From: Octopus sinensis | Lineage: Eukaryota | Assembly: GCF_006345805.1 (NCBI RefSeq) | Contig: NW_021835824.1 | Coordinates: 1 to 35,773, forward strand | Direction of reading: 5' to 3' | Length of the DNA stretch: 35,773 bases | Notes under the pieces: model-generated | What the model was told of the DNA's origin: nothing | The model's input: the letters and a program-made list of their open reading frames with translations, nothing else | The model's database searches: none | Program-made: the position numbers and the translations under genes | Part shown: piece by piece, positions 31,177 to 35,773 of the stretch | Position numbering within the stretch: position 1 is the stretch's first letter | Layout of the letters: every line of letters starts with the position of its first letter

Positions 31177-31569
31177 TCTTTATATATAAAAGTGAAGTTG
31201 TGTGTCTGTCTACTCCAATTTAGATTCCTAACTACTCCCACATTTTGCGATGCAGTTTAACCAAAACCGGGTATCTTATAGTCGTGATTCATATCGAGCC
31301 CTTCTGGGTATTAGCGCGCGTCTACGATGAGTCTACGATTTTAAAAATAATTTAACATCATTTTTTCCATTTTAACGCATATTTTTTAAATAAAGGGAAG
31401 TAACTCTCTAAAAATGTCTACGATGAGTCAACGATTTAAAAAAAAATTTACCATAATTTTTTTTCCATTTTTAATGCATTTTTTGCTATTTTTTTTGGCT
31501 ATAACTCTCTAAAAATGCTTTATAGTTATTTCCCTTACAAACCCGAGCAACGCCGGGCGATACTGCTAG
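31177..31569 (+). mobile_element. Non-autonomous Helitron, complete
   Basis: 5' A|TC(tttatatataaaa), 3' hairpin cccgagcaacgccggg (31542-31557) then CTAG|T, no TSD, internal ~96-bp direct repeat. Confidence 0.85.
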
Positions 31570-32746
31570 TATATACATAAACCAGATCGGTTCGCGTTTT
31601 AGCCACTGCAGGTAGTGTTTAATTTGTTCACCGAACACCGCCGCAAATTACCCCTTGTTTTTCAAAAATCCACCCCCGCCAAATTACAAAATAAGGGGGG
31701 AATAATCTGCCTTGTTTTTCAAATCCTGGCAGCAGCACTAAAACTTGAAGCAAGATAATAATCTAATTCTACATTTTATCACATTCAAGAATATAAATGT
31801 TTTTAAGCACAACACACACGGAGTCAAAAAGAAACACTACCTTTCACTAGCACACAAAGGTCGACAATGGGTGAACCACAGTGCTTTCTTTCCGTAGCGT
31901 AGAGCTTCCTATCTCGGACATGTGAGTATGCGCACAACAGCCAAACACCGCGTCACTGGAACTGTGAAGCGCATAGTTCTATACAAGGATTTTTGTATTT
32001 TTTTCATAAACTAGATGATGGCTACTGACGTTAAGCTTAAGGATAATATAATGTACAAGTATAAAGAAAGAATTAAAGAAAAAAAGGACTCATTATATTG
32101 AATGTTAACAGTAATATGGGGTAGAAATGGGGGGTGGGGTGCCTATACACGAGCCAGCACGTTGAAATTGCTCTCCTTGATTACAGAGTTGCATATATAA
32201 TCTTTCTCCTTGTCTGTGAAGAAATCTTAGAATTCATTGATTTGTCGTCTGATTTTATTCATTATTGTTTTTTCTGAGTGTCTTGGTTGTTCCTTGTAGT
32301 AGGTTTGGTTTGTTAACATTTCTAATATTTTATCTTTATGATAGTCCTTGTCCATGATTACCATCACCCCTCCCATATCGGCTTCATTGGAACAAAAGCA
32401 CACTAACTAATCCCCCGAGCCAGCTGTAACAAGAAGCGGAAGAACAAATTGTCTTACGTACCGATACTTAATTGAAGGACCAGAATTCAAATTTAAAGGT
32501 TGTCAAACATTCAAAGTAAAAGTTAACTTCATATGCAACTCAGAAAATTGAATCTACGTAATTACATGCGGTGGATGTCAGTAAAGCTACATTAGACGGA
32601 CGTGTCATTACGCAAAAGAATGATTCATCGCCAATAGATCCGAGAGGAAAATGCAAGGAACATTTCCTTTAGTCGTCATGTTACAGATTTTGCAGGAATG
32701 GACTTACTCAACTTCTAAACCTCCCAACTTTACAAGTGCTCGGGTT

Positions 32747-33424
32747 TTTTCACCCAAGAGCAGAGGATAAATAAATGAAAGCAATTCTTTAATAAATATT
32801 AGGTTGTCCCAAAAGTTCGTAAACACTTGCGAAAATTGAATTTTTACTCGCCAAGTACTAACAAAAACAACAAAAATTATTCCTCAAAATAAAGACCATT
32901 ATTTTCAAAGACTTTCTACGAACTTTTGGGACAACCTTATATAAACCAAAATTAAATAGGAAAACGTGTGCAATTAGTCAACAAATAAGGATTTATAGAC
33001 TACACTCCCTTATCACTTTACTGCGAGTTTGTGATTGTTAAACTCTTTCTAAAAACGGAGAATTTCTTGTATAAATGATTTAACTTTTCACCCAAGAGCA
33101 GAGGATAAATAAATGAAAGCAATTCTTTAATAAATATTAGGTTGTCCCAAAAGTTCGTAAACACTTGCGAAAATTGAATTTTTACTCGCCAAGTACTAAC
33201 AAAAACAACAAAAATTATTCCTCAAAATAAAGACCATTATTTTCAAAGACTTTCTACGAACTTTTGGGACAATCTTATATAAACCAAAATTAAATAGGAA
33301 AACGTGTGCAATTAGTCAACAAATAAGGATTTATAGACTACACTACCTTATCACTTTACTGCGAGTTTGTGATTGTTAAACTATTTCTAAAAACGGAGAA
33401 TTTCTTGTATAAATGATTTAACTT
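32747..33424. repeat. 338-bp tandem duplication, each unit containing a 141-bp mariner-type MITE
   Basis: MITEs at 32799-32939 and 33137-33277 with TIR ttaggttgtcccaaaagttcgta and TA flanks; I count three differences between units. Confidence 0.9.
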
Positions 33425-33446
33425 GTGTGTAAGTGTGTATGTGTAC

Positions 33447-34110
33447 GCGCGGAGGCGCAATGGTCCAGTGGTTAGGGCAGCGGACTCGCGGTCGTAGGAT
33501 CGCGGTTTCGATTCCCAGACCGGGCGTTGTGAGTGTTTATTGAGCGAAAACACCTAAAAGCTCCACGAGGCTCCGGCAGGGGATGGTGGTGATCCCTGCT
33601 GTACTCTTTCACCACAACTTTCTCTCTCACTCTTACTTCCTGTTTCTCTTGTACCTGTATTTTTAAAAGGGCCGGCCTTGTCACTCTCTGTGTCACGCTG
33701 AATATCCCCGAGAACTACGTTAAGGGTACACGTGTCTGTGGAGTGCTCAGCCATTTATACGTTAATTTCACGAGCAGGCTGTTCCGTTGATTCGGATCAA
33801 CCGGAACCCTCGTCGTCGTAACCAACTGAGTGCTTCCATCCGAGGCTCCGGCAGGGGATGGTGGTGATCCCTGCTGTACTCTTTCACCACAACTTTCTCT
33901 CACTCTTACTTCCTGTTTCTGTTGTACCTGTATTTTCAAAAGGGCGGGCCTTTTCACTCTCTGTGTCACGCTGAATATCCCCGACAACTACGTTAAGGGT
34001 ACACGCGTCTGCGGAGTGCTCAGCCACTTACACGTTAATTTCACGAGTAGGCTGTTCCGTCGATTCGGATCAACCGGAACCCTCGTCGTCTAACCGACGG
34101 AGTGCTTCCA
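33447..34110 (+). mobile_element. SINE-C dimer with TSD
   Basis: Same junction as 22825-23479; atgtgtac(g/a)cgc on both sides. Confidence 0.9.
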
Positions 34111-34131
34111 TGTGTACACGCCCGAACTCAC

Positions 34132-34277
34132 ATCCGTTCTGGTGATTCATACTCTTCCCGTTCAGTATTGCAACCATAAGCGCCACAAAGTAAGTAAAGA
34201 GGGAAAAAGACCATCCTTAAATCCAATTTTAACTTATTTGGACATTTATCGCGAGCGCGAACACAGCTGAGCATTTT
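34132..34277 (-). CDS. Candidate internal exon of an unidentified host gene (146 bp)
   Basis: Minus strand has branch-like gactaac, polypyrimidine atttcttttctattcag acceptor and GTGAGT donor. One frame is open throughout (KMLSCVRARDKCPNKLKLDLRMVFFPLYLLCGAYGCNTEREEYESPER). Coding status is unproven. Confidence 0.4.
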
Positions 34278-34372
34278 CTGAATAGAAAAGAAATCTGTTA
34301 GTCTATTAATAGAATTTTGTGACACAATAATAATTCCTTCCCCGAAACGACATATTCCCCAAATCTGCAAAC

Positions 34373-34384
34373 ACACAACACCAC

Positions 34385-34427
<43 letters not shown>

Positions 34428-34820
34428 ACACCCACACAATCACACACAAACACACACACAGACACACACCACACACAGACACCACACACACACACAGACA
34501 CCACACACACAGAACAGACACACACACACACACAGACACACACACACACAGACACACACCACCACACCATACACAAACACACACCACACAGACACACACA
34601 CCACACACAGACACACACCACACAGACACAACAAACAGACACAAACACACACACACAAACACCAACACACAAACACACACACACACAGACACACACACAT
34701 ACACAGACACACACAAACACACACACAGACACACACACACAGACACACACACAGACACAGACACACACACTCACACACACACACACACACAAACACAGAC
34801 ACACACAAACACACACACAG

Positions 34821-34851
<31 letters not shown>

Positions 34852-34921
34852 AACACAGACACACACAAACACACACACAGACACACACACAAACACACAC
34901 ACACACAAAACACACACACAC

Positions 34922-34952
<31 letters not shown>
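34373..34952. repeat. Imperfect (CA)n / (CACACAGA)n tract
   Basis: Seen directly. Confidence 0.95.
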
Positions 34953-34954
34953 TT

Positions 34955-35097
34955 ATATGTGTGTCTTTGTATCTGTGTTTGTTCCGCCACCATCATCGCT
35001 TGACAACCGATGTCGGTGTGTTTACATCTCCGCAACTTAGCGATTCGGCAAAAGGAACCGATAGAATAAGTACTTGGTTTACAAAGAATAAGTCCTG
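34955..35097 (+). mobile_element. Diverged SINE-A 3' module fragment
   Basis: cgcttgacaaccgatgtcggtgtgtttacatctccgcaacttagcgattcggcaaaa..aataagtcct. Confidence 0.8.
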
Positions 35098-35140
35098 AAC
35101 TTTAATAAAGCGAACGACAGCAAGATCTAACGCATATATA

Positions 35141-35773
35141 TCTATTATATAAAATCCGTTCTGTGTGTGTGTGTGTGTCTTCTAGGATCTCGGGCATCCT
35201 CCATCCGATTGCGCTCAAATTTGATATGTAGATACCGACGGTATCAAGGCGGCGAGCTGGCAGAACCGTTAGCACGTCGGGCGAAATGCTCATCAGTATT
35301 TCATCTGTCACTACGTTCTGAGTTCAAATTCCGCCGAGGTCGACTTTGCCTTTCATCCTTTCGGGGTCGATTAAATAAGTACCAGTTACGCACTGGGGTC
35401 GATATGATCGACTTAATCCGTTTGTACGTCCTTGTTTGTCCTCTCTTTGTTTAGCCCCTTGTGGGTAGTAAAGAAATAGGTATCAGGGCGTGTATAAGTC
35501 TTGAAAAAATTACAAAAATCGATTCCAGGTGAGAATGCGATCGATAAAGTGAATAAAATCGTTTTTCTTTGGAATAGAAAAAAAAGTCTATCTTTATTTC
35601 TTCTTTTTCTGGTGTCTCAAATCAGTGTTTCTCAAAGGGGAAACCTATGGGATAATCGGACAAGTCGTTTTGATAAATTTCTCAAAGGGGAAGCCTATGG
35701 GATGATCGGACAAGTCGTTTTGAGAAAATTTGGTTTAAATGTTTGACAACTCAGCACCGTCCATTGGACGGGG
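35141..35773 (+). mobile_element. Non-autonomous Helitron-like element, 3' end probably just beyond the window
   Basis: A|TCTATTATATAAAA start followed by (GT)n; 50-bp internal tandem repeat at 35628-35727; GC hairpin ccgtcc-att-ggacgg at 35757-35771. Confidence 0.6.
35247..35483 (+). mobile_element. SINE-B, full length, nested in the Helitron
   Basis: TSD ggtatca at 35240-35246 and 35479-35485. Confidence 0.92.

Noticed and set aside
35623-35640. cagtgtttctcaaa resembling a hAT TIR
   Set aside because: No matching second TIR or TSD is visible, and it overlaps the Helitron's internal repeat.

Overview
Eukaryotic, AT-rich, repeat-saturated DNA with no intact protein-coding gene, rRNA, tRNA or CRISPR array. 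The repeat families and long (TA)n/(CA)n/(CATA)n tracts match what I recognise from octopus (coleoid cephalopod) genomes; this is inference, not a database result. The window holds four tRNA-headed SINE families (my labels A, B, C, D), fragments of CR1/L2-, RTE-, Tx1- and Penelope-like retroelements, Tc1/mariner fragments, a hAT-type MITE array and two non-autonomous Helitrons. It also holds a 4.2-kb 39-bp satellite and one plausible minus-strand host exon (34132-34277). Nearly all long ORFs in the track are artefacts of tandem repeats. The most interesting signals are: (i) hammerhead-ribozyme-like motifs in Penelope-like fragments (1351-1403, 2665-2699) and a 39-bp satellite resembling an amplified, inactivated hammerhead core; (ii) a nine-unit hAT MITE array bounded by one 8-bp TSD whose internal junctions carry a different 8-mer; (iii) several chimeric or multimeric retro-insertions bounded by single TSDs or by microsatellites.
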